This document shows, in pieces, positions 26,290 through 37,500 of a stretch of DNA of 41,886 nt. The DNA is taken from IMG/VR virus record IMGVR_UViG_2529292907_000015, positions 1-41,886 of that record; one strand, written 5' to 3'. The notes under the pieces were generated by a model that did no database searches, was not told the origin of the DNA, and worked only from the letters and a program-made list of their open reading frames with translations. Numbering within the stretch: the stretch's first letter is position 1; each line of letters begins with the position of its first letter. Source of the stretch: a virus. Lineage: Duplodnaviria > Heunggongvirae > Uroviricota > Caudoviricetes. A program made the translations under genes and the position numbers.

Positions 26290-26735
26290 TGGATTTCAGT
26301 CTTGATTTTTCAGGTCTGGCGGATATTGCACGGGATCTGGAGACGCTCAGCAGGGCAGAAAACAATAAGGTGCTGCGCGATGCCACCCGTGCCGGTGCTG
26401 AAGTTATGCGGGATGCGGTTGTTGAACGTGCGCCGGAGCGAACCGGAAAACTGAAGAAAAATGTGGTTGTTCTGACTCAGCGCTCAAAGCGTCGGGGGGA
26501 AATTATTTCTGGTATCCATATTCGCGGACGGAACCTGCGAACCGGAAACAGTGATAACAGCATGAAAGCCAGCGATCCCCGAAATGCGTTTTACTGGCGC
26601 TTTGTGGAGCTGGGAACGATAAACATGCCCGCGCATCCATTCATTCGCCCGGCTTTCGATACGACAGAGGAGCTGGCGGCGCAGGTTGCCATACAGCGAA
26701 TGAATCAGGCTATTGATGAGGTCTTAAGTAAATGA
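26286..26735 (+). CDS. HK97 gp10-family tail component
   Basis: 149-aa ORF with overlapping start and stop. Confidence 0.6.
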   Translation: MMDFSLDFSGLADIARDLETLSRAENNKVLRDATRAGAEVMRDAVVERAPERTGKLKKNVVVLTQRSKRRGEIISGIHIRGRNLRTGNSDNSMKASDPRNAFYWRFVELGTINMPAHPFIRPAFDTTEELAAQVAIQRMNQAIDEVLSK

Positions 26736-27076
26736 GGGAAGCCACACTGTATTCCCTGCTGTCTCAGTTGGCCGGAGGACAGGTTTATCCTTATGTGGTC
26801 CCGCTGACGGAGGGAAAGCCTGCGGTATCTCCGCCGTGGCTGGTGTTTTCTGTGGTGTCTGACACGGCGTCTGATGTGCTTGATGGTCAGGCTGAATCCA
26901 GAATTACCGTGCAGATCGATGTCTGGGCAACGGTACCTGATGATGCTGATGGTATTCGCGAGCAGGCGCTTGATGCGGTAAGGGAACTGGCACCCTCCGT
27001 TATTTCTAAAACGCAGGGTTATGATCCTGATTCCCGTCTGAACAGAGCCACGCTTGAATTTCAGGTAATAGCCTGA
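26732..27076 (+). CDS. tail terminator / tail completion protein (U-like position)
   Basis: 114-aa ORF immediately upstream of the major tail gene. Confidence 0.55.
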   Translation: MREATLYSLLSQLAGGQVYPYVVPLTEGKPAVSPPWLVFSVVSDTASDVLDGQAESRITVQIDVWATVPDDADGIREQALDAVRELAPSVISKTQGYDPDSRLNRATLEFQVIA

Positions 27077-27135
27077 GGTTGTTAATGATTTTACCCACCC
27101 GCCGCTGGCGGGTTTTTTATTTTCAGGAGACGAAT

Positions 27136-27840
27136 ATGTCCTCTAATTTTGAGCGTTCGCAACTGACGAAAATTATGATTTCGTCTGCACCGGTAACAGC
27201 AGAAACCCTGGATTCTGCCAGCTATCTTGGCCTGAGCTGTACAATCAAAGAGGTGCAGTTTACCGCAGGACAAAAGCAGGATATTGATGTCACCACGCTG
27301 TGTTCTGTTGAGCAGGAAAATATTAACGGCCTTGGGGCTGCTTCAGAGATTTCCATGTCAGGCAACTTTTATCTCAATGCTGCCCAGAACGCGTTGCGCA
27401 GTGCCTATGACAATGACACCACGTATGGCTTTAAAGTTATTTTTCCGTCAGGCAACGGATTTACCTTTATGGCAGAGGTGCGTCAGCATACCTGGTCTGC
27501 AGGAACCAATGGTGTTGTGGCTGCAACGTTTTCCCTGCGCCTGAAAGGTAAACCTGTGCTGACGACAGAGCCGCTGAAAGTGAAGGTCGATTTAAACAGC
27601 ACGCTGCGGGTTTCTTCCGGAGCGAAACTTGAAATGGCGGTTGAGGCTGCGGGTGGTGTGCCGCCTTATTCTTATGCTTGGAAAAAAGGTGGTTCTCCTG
27701 TTTCCGGACAGACGGCGGCAACGTTCAGTAAGGCATCAGCAGCATCCGGTGATGCCGGTGCGTATACCTGCGAGATTTCTGATTCAGCAAGCCCGGTTAA
27801 CAAGGTGACCTCCACTTCCTGCACTGTTACCGTCAGTTAA
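27136..27840 (+). CDS. V: major tail protein with C-terminal Ig-like domain
   Basis: ATG 27136 with a CAGGAGA SD (the ORF track opens at 27079). C-terminal Ig-like segment. Precedes the G/GT chaperone pair. Confidence 0.75.
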   Translation: MSSNFERSQLTKIMISSAPVTAETLDSASYLGLSCTIKEVQFTAGQKQDIDVTTLCSVEQENINGLGAASEISMSGNFYLNAAQNALRSAYDNDTTYGFKVIFPSGNGFTFMAEVRQHTWSAGTNGVVAATFSLRLKGKPVLTTEPLKVKVDLNSTLRVSSGAKLEMAVEAAGGVPPYSYAWKKGGSPVSGQTAATFSKASAASGDAGAYTCEISDSASPVNKVTSTSCTVTVS

Positions 27841-28337
27841 TGAGGATAGATGTGATGACTAAAAATATCCGTAATCTGGCACTGGCAACGATGTCGGGGT
27901 TTCGCCATAAAACCGTTGATGTGCCTGAATGGGAAGGGGCAACGGTTGTGTTACGGGAACCTTCTGCAGAAGCCTGGTTGCGCTGGCAGGAGATCGTTAA
28001 AGCCAGGGAAGATGATACATCGCCATCTGTTGCAGAGCGTGCCCGCCGAAATCTGGAGGCGGACGTTGAACTGTTCATTGATGTTCTGTGTGATACCGGG
28101 CTGCAACCCGTATTTTCAGAGGGTGATCGTGAACAGGTGATTGCCGTGTATGGTCCGGTGCATGCCCGGCTTCTTCGCCAGTCTCTGGAACTGATCAGTG
28201 ATGCCGGAGAGGTTAAAAAAAGTAGCGCTTCCGGGGATGCGTTTTCTGATGATGCTGGCGCTCAGGATGGGGCGCACATTGTCAGAGTTACGCCGGGAAA
28301 TGTCCGCATCAGAAATCATGATGTGGGCAGAATTTGA
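27840..28337 (+). CDS. G: tail assembly chaperone G
   Basis: ATG 27840 is coupled to the V stop; an alternative ATG at 27855 has a GAGGA SD. A7 slippery run at 28215-28221. The overlapping downstream ORF is in the +1 frame. Confidence 0.7.
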   Translation: MRIDVMTKNIRNLALATMSGFRHKTVDVPEWEGATVVLREPSAEAWLRWQEIVKAREDDTSPSVAERARRNLEADVELFIDVLCDTGLQPVFSEGDREQVIAVYGPVHARLLRQSLELISDAGEVKKSSASGDAFSDDAGAQDGAHIVRVTPGNVRIRNHDVGRI

Positions 28338-28527
28338 CAGGTTCAGCCCGCTGGGGGACGAACGGGCTGATATCCGGGCTGCCCAGATTGTTTCAGCTGT
28401 TTACGGTGCGCAGGGGGTCAAAGTGCCACTGAATGATGCGCTTCTTCAGTGGGAGAAGGAGCAGACAGAAGGCACCTCAGATCCATTTGCTGAGATTGAG
28501 AAGGCATTATTTGTTGCAGCTCGATGA
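28198..28527 (+). CDS. T-domain reading frame of the G-T frameshift fusion chaperone
   Basis: Frame opens at 28195 with no independent SD and overlaps the G 3' end. Conserved G/GT arrangement upstream of the tape measure gene. Confidence 0.6.
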   Translation: MMPERLKKVALPGMRFLMMLALRMGRTLSELRREMSASEIMMWAEFDRFSPLGDERADIRAAQIVSAVYGAQGVKVPLNDALLQWEKEQTEGTSDPFAEIEKALFVAAR

Positions 28528-28584
28528 TCTTTTCACTTTACTGGATTATTATTCCCACTTTATTGAGAAAGTAAGGAAACATTG

Positions 28585-28926
28585 ATGGAATTTTTACTTA
28601 TTTCAATAGTTTTGGGACTAATTCCAGCTATTATTGCGAAAAGCAAAGGTCGCTCATTTTTAGGATGGTGGGTATATGGTGCGATGATCTTTATTGTTGC
28701 TCTGGTTCATTCGCTAGTAATCCAAAGAGATGAGAAGGCACATGAACAACAAATGGTAAGCAATGGCATGAAGAAATGCCCTTACTGTGCGGAGTTGATC
28801 AAAGAAGAGGCTATTAAATGTAAGCATTGTGGTAGTGATTTAATTTGCAATGCAGATAGTTCCGTTTCACAAAAAACGGATGATGAATATCTTCAGGAAG
28901 CAAGGCGTAAGGCCGGACTTCTTTAA
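28585..28926 (+). CDS. membrane protein with C-terminal zinc-ribbon (moron)
   Basis: 113-aa product with two hydrophobic segments then CPYC...CKHC. AAGGAAA SD. AT-rich. Its own intrinsic terminator follows. Confidence 0.6.
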   Translation: MEFLLISIVLGLIPAIIAKSKGRSFLGWWVYGAMIFIVALVHSLVIQRDEKAHEQQMVSNGMKKCPYCAELIKEEAIKCKHCGSDLICNADSSVSQKTDDEYLQEARRKAGLL

Positions 28927-28935
28927 AGAATACAA

Positions 28936-28958
28936 AAACCGCTTCGGCGGTTTTTTTT
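28936..28958 (+). terminator. rho-independent terminator of the moron
   Basis: Stem CCGC/GCGG with loop TTCG, followed by T8. Confidence 0.75.
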
Positions 28959-28968
28959 CGTCCGGAGA

Positions 28969-31900
28969 ATGAGTGTGGCGACATTACGTGAACTGATTAT
29001 TAAAATCTCGGCAAACTCCCGGTCATTCCAGTCAGAGATCGCCCGGGCTTCGCGTATGGGGCAGGATTACTACCGCACCATGCAGAACGGAGGTCGACAG
29101 TCTGCTGCTGCATCCCGTGAAATGCGGCGTGCACTGGCAGAAGTGACGGATCAGATAAATACAGCTAAATCTTCGGCACTGAATATGGCGGGGGCATTTG
29201 CCGGGGCTTTTGCTACCGGTCATCTTATTTCTCTCGCCGATGAGTGGAATTCAGTAAATGCCCGTCTGAAGCAGGCCTCACAGTCCAGTGATGATTTTCA
29301 GGCATCACAGCGTGAATTAATGGCGATCAGCCAGAGAACGGGGACGGCGTTTTCTGATAACGCCAGCCTTTTTGCCCGTTCTGCAGCTTCCATGCGGGAG
29401 TATGGTTACAGTTCTGAGGAGGTACTGAAAGTCACCGAGGCGATCTCCACGGGCCTGAAATTATCCGGTGCCAGTACAGCAGAAGCCAGTTCAGTGATCA
29501 CGCAGTTCAGTCAGGCACTGGCGCAGGGAGTGCTGCGCGGTGAAGAGTTTAACTCGGTGAATGAGAACGGCGATCGTGTTATTCGTGCGCTGGCTGCGGG
29601 AATGGGGGTTGCCCGTAAGGATCTGAAGGCCATGGCGGATAACGGAAAGTTGACCGCCGATAAGGTTGTTCCTGCACTGATTAGTCAGCTTGGGGCATTA
29701 CGTGATGAATATGCGGCAATGCCTGATACGGTTTCATCCTCTGCAACCAAAGTTGAAAACGCCTTTATGGCCTGGGTTGGTGGTGCGAACGAGGCAAGCG
29801 GAGTGACAAAGACACTCACCGGGGTGTTGAATGGTGTTGCAGACAATATTGATACCGTGGCTACTGCAGCTGGCGCACTGGTTGCCGTCGGGGTAGCCCG
29901 ATATTTTGGCAATATGGCGTCGTCTGCTGGATCTGCAACTGCCGGATTAATTACTGCAGCCAGAAACGAAGTGGTTCTTGCTGAAGCGCAACTTCGGGGG
30001 ACACAGATAGCAACCGCCAGGGCGCGTGCGGCGGTTTATCGTGCGCAACAGGCGGTTGTTGCTGCTCGCGGTACCGAAAGGCAGGCCGCAGCAGAAGCGA
30101 AGCTGACAGCTGCCCAGGCGTCACTTACCCGTAATATTGCGGCCAGAACAGCGGCACAGACAACGCTGAATACTGTCACGTCAGTGGGGAGTCGTCTGTT
30201 AAGTGGTGCGCTGGGGCTGGTTGGTGGTGTGCCGGGACTCGTCATGCTGGGGGCGACGGCCTGGTACGCGATGTATCAGAATCAGGAGCAGGCCAGAGAA
30301 TCTGCACGCCAGTATGCCGCAACAATCGACGAAATTCGCCAGAAAACGTCGGCAATGTCGCTTCCTGAAGCGTCAGATAATGAGGAAAAGACGCGGCAGG
30401 CACTTGATGAGCAAAACAGGTTAATTGACGAGCAGAAAAGTAAGATTAAATCCTTACAGGAAAAAATTGCTGGCTATCAGTATGTGCTGGCAAACCCGGG
30501 CTGGACAACCGATAACGGTTTTATGATTAACCACATGACGTCGGTAAAAACTGTCACAGAAGGGCTTGCAGAAGCAACAAATCAACTGGCAGTTGAACAG
30601 TCCCGTCTCACACAAATGCAGGGCAAAGCGCAATCCATTCAGGATGTGCTTGCCGGGCTGGAGGAGCGACGGGTGGCGTTGATCCGTCAACAGGCAGCGG
30701 AACAAAACAAAGCGTATCAGTCCCTGTTGATCATGAATGGGCAGCATACCGAGTTTAATCGCCTTCTCGGGCTCGGTAATGAATTACTTCAGCAGCGACA
30801 GGGGCTGGTGAATGTACCGTTACGGCTACCACAGGCAACCCTGGATGATAAACAGCAGACCGCACTGAATAACAGCAAGCGCGAACTGGCTCTGTCCCGC
30901 CTGAAGGGGGAAGCGCGTGAGCGTGCCCGACTGGGCTATGCTGCGGATGATCTCGGCTTTGTGGGAGAGGCGTATCAGACAGCCAGACAGAATTATATCA
31001 ATAACTCACTGGATGCCTGGCGAAATAACCAGGCAAATAAACCGCATAAAAAACCGAAGCGGAAAAAACAGAGGATATTTATAAACGGCTGATTAAACAG
31101 CAAAAAGAACAGATAGCACTGGCAGGGCAGAATACTGAACTGGCTAAGATGAAATATCAGGTCAGTCAGGGCGAATTATCAACCCTGTCAGAAGCGCAGA
31201 AAAAAACGCTTTTGCAGAATGCAGCACTCATCGACCAGAAAAAGATTCGTGAGCAGCTTGCTGCGTATGAGAGCAGTCTGGCGGACAGTAATGCCAGTGC
31301 CCGGGCATCTGACGAAGCGCAGTTGCTGGGATATGGTGAAGGCTCACGGATGCGTGAACGACTCCAGGAAATGTGGAGTATCCGGCAGACGTTTGAGCAG
31401 AAAAATAACGAGCTGCTGAGACAGTATCAGGCCGGAGAAATTGAAGAAGCCCTGTGGAAACAGGAGAAAGAACTGAATAAAAAATATCTGGAAGAGCGTC
31501 TCAGCGATCAGCAGAATTATTATGCAAAGGCCGATGCTTTACGTAATAACTGGAATGCCGGACTCCAGGAGGGACTGACCAACTGGGCAGACAGTGCCAC
31601 CGATTATGCTTCACAGGCGGCAGATGCTGTCGTTTCCACGATGGACGGGCTGGTATCAAATATTTCCGATGCACTGGCCGGGAATGTTGTGGACTGGAGG
31701 AACTGGGGGAGTTCAGTTCTCCGGGAAGTTTCAAAAATTCTGATGAATGCAGCCATTGTTAACGGACTGAAATCACTCTCCGGTGCCGGAGGGTGGCTTG
31801 GTACGGTCGGCGGATGGATTTCGGGGGCAGTGGCAAACGCAAAAGGTGGTGTTTACACATCGGCAAATCTGAGTGCTTACAGTAACACTATTGTGGATAC

Positions 31901-32195
31901 ACCGACGTATTTTGCTTTTGCGAAAGGTGCCGGGTTGATGGGCGAGGCCGGGCCTGAAGCAATCATGCCACTGACACGGGCAGCGGACGGCTCTCTTGGG
32001 GTCAGGGCCATTGGAAATGTGAATGGTGGCGGTGGATTTGTTTATTCTCCCGTGTATCACATCAGCATTCAGAATCAAGGGAGCAATGGCGAGATAGATG
32101 CGCGCTCAGCCAGGGGACTGGTGGATCTGATCGACAGCAGGGTTGTGTCAATTATGCAGTCATCGCGTCGGGATGGAGGATTGTACAGTGCCTGA
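28969..32195 (+). CDS. H: tail tape measure protein, split into two reading frames near an A6 run
   Basis: ORF 28969..31092 (707 aa) has tape-measure-like N-terminal and coiled-coil regions. The next frame opens at 31050 and continues to 32195 with a Gly-rich C-terminal region. Inserting one A at 31048-31053 gives one continuous ORF. Confidence 0.75.
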
Positions 32196-32529
32196 GCCTG
32201 AAGTTTTTAACTGGATCCCCCGTGAGGGGATGGAGACGACACGAAAGCCATCAGTTATTACGGTAAAGTTTGGTGACGGATATGAACAGCGACGGGCTGG
32301 TGGTCTGAATGCGGATCTGAAAACGTTTAAACCGGTATTTCGTGTCACAGATGAATATTCCCGTGCCGCGCTGGACAGTTTTTTATCCCGTCATGCCGGG
32401 ATTCGTGCTTTTTTGTGGCGTCCGCCAAAACACAACAGGACTGTCCGGGTTGTCTGCAGGGAGTGGAGTATTTCGGATAATGCCATGTATACCGATTTTA
32501 ACTGTACCTTTGAAGAGGTCACTCACTGA
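32188..32529 (+). CDS. M: minor tail protein M
   Basis: GTG 32188 with a GGAGGA SD 7 nt upstream. Product resembles lambda M as recalled (VRFGDGY...AGLNA...FLW.PP). Confidence 0.75.
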   Translation: MPEPEVFNWIPREGMETTRKPSVITVKFGDGYEQRRAGGLNADLKTFKPVFRVTDEYSRAALDSFLSRHAGIRAFLWRPPKHNRTVRVVCREWSISDNAMYTDFNCTFEEVTH

Positions 32530-33227
32530 TGCAGGATATACAGCAGGAAACACTTAATGAGTGCACTAAAACGGAGCAATCCGCGCTGGTCGTGCTCTGG
32601 GAAATTGATCTGACAGAGGTCGGCGGAGATCGTTATTTCTTCTGTAATGAGCAGAACGAAAAAGGTGAGCCGGTCACATGGCAGGGGCGACAGTATCAGG
32701 CGTACCCTATTCAGGGGAGCGGCTTTGAGATGAACGGCAAGGGAGCCAGTGCAAGGCCAACGCTGAAAGTCTCTAATCTGCACGGCATGGTCACCGGGAT
32801 GGCTGAAGATCTGCAGAGTCTGGTCGGCGGAACGGTGGTCCGGCGTAAGGTTTACGCCCGTTTTCTGGATGCGGTGAACTTCGTCAACGGAAACAGTGAC
32901 GCCGATCCGGAGCAGGAGGTGATCAGCCGCTGGCGCATTGAGCAGTGCAGCGAACTGAGTGCGGTGAGTGCCTCCTTTGTGCTCTCCACGCCGACGGAAA
33001 CGGATGGTGCCGTTTTTCCGGGGCGCATCATGCTGGCCAACACCTGTACCTGGACCTATCGTGGTGATGAGTGCGGTTATCACGGTCCGGCGGTCGCGGA
33101 TGAATATGACCAGCCGACATCCGATATCACGAAGGATAAATGCAGCAAATGCCTGAGTGGTTGCAAGTTCCGCAATAACCTCGGCAACTTTGGCGGTTAC
33201 CTTTCCATTAACAAACTTTCGCAGTAA
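32529..33227 (+). CDS. L: minor tail protein L
   Basis: 232-aa product beginning MQDIQQETLNECTKTEQSALVVLWEIDLTEVGGDRYFFCNEQNEKGEPVTWQGRQYQ..., near-identical to lambda L as I recall it. Confidence 0.9.
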   Translation: MQDIQQETLNECTKTEQSALVVLWEIDLTEVGGDRYFFCNEQNEKGEPVTWQGRQYQAYPIQGSGFEMNGKGASARPTLKVSNLHGMVTGMAEDLQSLVGGTVVRRKVYARFLDAVNFVNGNSDADPEQEVISRWRIEQCSELSAVSASFVLSTPTETDGAVFPGRIMLANTCTWTYRGDECGYHGPAVADEYDQPTSDITKDKCSKCLSGCKFRNNLGNFGGYLSINKLSQ

Positions 33228-33231
33228 TCCC

Positions 33232-33975
33232 ATGACAGAGACAGAATCAGTGATTCTGGCGCACGTCCGGCGATGTGCGCCAGCGGAGTCGTGCGGCTTC
33301 GTGGTGAGAACGCCGGAAGGGGAAAGATATTTTCCCTGCGTGAATATCTCCGGTGAGCCGGAGGATTATTTCCGGATGGCTCCGGAGGACTGGCTGCAGG
33401 CCAAAATGCAGGGTGAGATTGTGGCGCTGGTCCACAGTCACCCCGGTGGTCTGCCCTGGCTGAGTGAGGCTGACCGGCGGCTGCAGGTGCAGAGTGATTT
33501 GCCGTGGTGGCTGGTCTGCCGGGGGGCGATTCACAAGTTCCGCTGTGTGCCACATCTTACCGGGCGGCGCTTTGAGCACGGGGTGACGGACTGTTACACG
33601 CTGTTCCGGGATGCATACCATCTGGCGGGAATTGAGATGCCGGATTTTCATCGCGGGGATGACTGGTGGCGTAACGGTCAGAATCTCTATCTGGATAATC
33701 TGGAGGCCACGGGGCTGTATCAGGTGCCGTTGTCATCAGCACAACCGGGCGATGTGCTGTTGTGCTGTTTTGGTTCATCGGTGCCGAATCATGCCGCCAT
33801 TTACTGTGGTGACGGCGAGCTGCTGCACCATATTCCTGAACAACTGAGCAAACGAGAGAGGTATACCGACAAATGGCAGCGACGCACACACTCCCTCTGG
33901 CGTCACCGGGCATGGCACGCATCTGCCTTTACGGGGATTTACAACGATTTGGCCGCCGCATCGACCTTCGTGTAA
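33232..33975 (+). CDS. K: tail assembly protein K (Mov34/JAMM plus NlpC/P60-like)
   Basis: ATG 33232, inside the longer 33157..33975 ORF. HSHP motif present. Position is between L and I. Confidence 0.75.
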   Translation: MTETESVILAHVRRCAPAESCGFVVRTPEGERYFPCVNISGEPEDYFRMAPEDWLQAKMQGEIVALVHSHPGGLPWLSEADRRLQVQSDLPWWLVCRGAIHKFRCVPHLTGRRFEHGVTDCYTLFRDAYHLAGIEMPDFHRGDDWWRNGQNLYLDNLEATGLYQVPLSSAQPGDVLLCCFGSSVPNHAAIYCGDGELLHHIPEQLSKRERYTDKWQRRTHSLWRHRAWHASAFTGIYNDLAAASTFV

Positions 33976-34519
33976 AACGGGGGCTGAAGCCATCCGGGCG
34001 CTGTCCACACAGGTCCCGGCGTTTCGTCAGAAACTGAATGACGGCTGGTATCAGGTGCGCATTGCCGGGCGTGATGCAGGCGAAAATGAATTATCTGCCC
34101 GTCTTAATGAACCGCTGGCAAATGGTGCCGTGATCCACATCGTTCCGCGTCTGGCGGGTGCCAAAAGTGGCGGTGTGTTTCAGGCGGTGCTGGGTGCGGC
34201 GCTGATTGCGGTGGCATGGTGGAACCCTGTTGGCTGGCTGGGGGCCGCGGCTGTATCTGGTATGTATGCAGCAGGGGCCAGTATGATCCTGGGTGGTGTG
34301 GCGCAGATGCTGGCACCGAAAGCCAGGACGCCCACGGCAGCCAGTACAGATAACGGCAAACAGAACACCTATTTCTCGTCACTGGATAACATGGTTGCCC
34401 AGGGCAATGTTCTGCCTGTTCTGTACGGGGAAATGCGCGTGGGGTCACGTGTTGTTTCTCAGGAGATCAGCACGGCAGACGAAGGGGACGGTGGTCAGGT
34501 TGTGGTGATTGGTCGCTGA
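33873..34519 (+). CDS. I: tail assembly protein I, frame-disrupted at an A4 run
   Basis: N-terminal 34 codons (MAATHTLPLASPGMARICLYGDLQRFGRRIDLRVK) are in frame 0 from ATG 33873. The rest (TGAEAIRAL...GGQVVVIGR) is in frame 2. The junction is at AAAA 33974-33977, and one extra A gives a continuous lambda-I-like protein. Confidence 0.7.
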
Positions 34520-34539
34520 TGCAAAATATTTTATGTGAA

Positions 34540-34562
34540 ACCGCCTCCGGGCGGTTTTGTCG
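34540..34562 (+). terminator. terminator-like hairpin between I and J
   Basis: Stem CCGCC/GGCGG with loop TCCG, followed by TTTTGTCGTTT. Confidence 0.4.
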
Positions 34563-34579
34563 TTTATGGAGCGTTAGGA

Positions 34580-37500
34580 ATGGGTAAAGGCAGCAGTAAG
34601 GGGCATACCCCGCGCGAAGCGAAGGACAACCTGAAGTCCACGCAGTTGCTGAGTGTGATCGATGCTATTAGCGAAGGGCCGATTGAAGGTCCGGTGGATG
34701 GATTAAAAAGCGTGCTGCTGAACAGTACGCCGGTGCTGGACAGTGAGGGGAATACCAATATCTCCGGTGTCACGGTGGTGTTCCGGGCCGGTGAGCAGGA
34801 GCAGACACCGCCGGAGGGTTTTGAATCCTCCGGTTCCGAGACGGTGCTGGGTACGGAAGTGAAATATGACACGCCGATCACCCGGACCATCACGTCGGCA
34901 AACATTGACCGTCTGCGCTTTACCTTCGGTGTGCAGGCACTGGTGGAAACCACCTCAAAGGGTGACCGGAATCCGTCAGAAGTCCGCCTGCTGGTTCAGA
35001 TACAACGTAACGGTGGCTGGGTGACGGAAAAAGACATCACCATTAAGGGCAAAACCACGTCGCAGTATCTGGCCTCGGTGGTGGTGGATAACCTGCCGCC
35101 GCGCCCGTTTAATATCCGGATGCGCAGGATGACGCCGGACAGCACCACAGACCAGCTGCAGAACAAAACGCTCTGGTCGTCATACACCGAAATCATCGAT
35201 GTGAAACAGTGCTACCCGAACACGGCACTGGTCGGCGTGCAGGTGGATTCGGAACAGTTCGGCAGCCAGCAGGTGAGCCGTAATTATCATCTGCGCGGGC
35301 GTATTCTGCAGGTGCCGTCGAATTATAACCCGCAGACGCGGCAATACAGCGGTATCTGGGACGGAACGTTTAAACCGGCATACAGCAACAACATGGCCTG
35401 GTGTCTGTGGGATATGCTGACCCATCCGCGCTACGGCATGGGGAAACGTCTTGGTGCGGCGGATGTGGATAAATGGGCGCTGTATGTCATCGGCCAGAAT
35501 TGCGACCAGTCGGTGCCGGATGGCTTTGGTGGCACGGAGCCGCGTATTACCTGTAATGCGTACCTGACCACGCAGCGCAAGGCGTGGGATGTGCTCAGTG
35601 ATTTCTGCTCGGCGATGCGCTGTATGCCGGTATGGAACGGGCAGACGCTGACGTTTGTGCAGGACCGGCCATCGGATAAGGTGTGGACCTATAACCGCAG
35701 TAATGTGGTGATGCCGGATGATGGCGCGCCGTTCCGCTACAGCTTCAGCGCCCTGAAAGACCGCCATAATGCCGTTGAGGTGAACTGGATTGACCCGAAC
35801 AACGGCTGGGAGACGGCGACAGAGCTTGTGGAGGATACGCAGGCCATTGCCCGTTACGGTCGTAACGTCACGAAGATGGATGCTTTTGGCTGTACCAGCC
35901 GGGGGCAGGCACACCGCGCCGGGCTGTGGCTGATTAAAACAGAACTGCTGGAAACGCAGACCGTGGACTTCAGCGTGGGCGCAGAAGGGCTTCGCCATGT
36001 GCCGGGCGATGTCATTGAAATCTGTGATGATGACTATGCCGGTATCAGCACCGGCGGGCGCGTGCTGGCGGTAAACAGCCAGACCCGGACGCTGACGCTC
36101 GACCGTGAAATCACGCTGCCATCCTCCGGCACCACGCTGATAAGCCTGGTTGACGGACAGGGGAATCCGGTCAGCGTGGAGGTCCAGTCCGTCACCGACG
36201 GCGTGAAGGTGAAAGTGAGCCGTGTTCCTGACGGCGTTGCCGAATACAGCGTGTGGGGGCTGAAGCTGCCGACGCTGCGCCAGCGCCTGTTCCGCTGCGT
36301 GAGTATCCGTGAGAACGATGACGGCACGTATGCCATCACCGCCGTGCAGCATGTACCGGAAAAAGAAGCCATCGTGGATAACGGGGCGCACTTTGACGGC
36401 GACCAGAGCGGCACGGTGAATGGTGTCACGCCGCCAGCGGTGCAGCACCTGACTGCCGAAGTCACCGCAGACAGCGGGGAGTATCAGGTACTGGCCCGCT
36501 GGGACACGCCGAAGGTGGTGAAGGGCGTGAGCTTCCTGCTTCGCCTGACCGTGGCAGCGGATGACGGCAGTGAGCGGCTGGTCAGCACGGCCAGGACGAC
36601 GGAAACCACATACCGCTTCACGCAACTGGCGCTGGGAAACTACAGGCTGACAGTCCGGGCGGCAAATGCCTGGGGGCAGCAGGGCGATCCGGCATCGGTA
36701 TCGTTCCGGATTGCCGCACCGGCAGCGCCGTCGCGGATTGAGCTGACGCCGGGCTATTTTCAGATAACCGCCACGCCGTATCTTGCCGTTTATGATCCGA
36801 CGGTACAGTTTGAGTTCTGGTTCTCAGAAAAGCGGATTGCGGATATCAGGCAGGTTGAAACCGCAGCCCGCTATCTTGGCTCGGCGCTGTACTGGATAGC
36901 TGCCAGTATCAATATCAAGCCGGGCCATGATTATTATTTTTATATCCGCAGTGTGAATACTGTTGGCAAATCGGCATTCGTGGAGGCTGTCGGTCGGGCG
37001 AGCGATGATGCGGAAGGTTACCTGGATTTTTTCAAAGGAGAAATCGGGAAAACACATCTGGCCCAGGAGCTGTGGACGCAGATTGATAACGGTCAGCTTG
37101 CGCCGGACCTGGCTGAAATCAGGACGTCCATTACGAATGTCAGCAATGAAATCACGCAGACCGTCAATAAAAAACTGGAAAATCAGAGTGCGGCAATCCA
37201 GCAGATACAGAAAGTTCAGGTTGATACAAATAATAACCTGAACAGCATGTGGGCCGTGAAACTGCAGCAGATGCAGGACGGACGCCTTTATATTGCGGGT
37301 ATCGGTGCCGGTATTGAGAATACGCCAGCAGGAATGCAGAGTCAGGTGCTGCTGGCGGCAGACAGGATTGCGATGATTAATCCTGCGAATGGCAACACAA
37401 AGCCGATGTTTGTTGGTCAGGGCGATCAGATATTTATGAATGAAGTGTTCCTGAAATATCTGACGGCTCCCACCATTACCAGCGGCGGTAATCCTCCGGC

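Noticed and set aside
35180-36625. 481-aa minus-strand ORF inside J
   Set aside because: It lies entirely antisense to the J coding sequence, has an Arg/His/Ala-rich low-complexity translation and no SD. This is a typical shadow ORF in a GC-rich gene.
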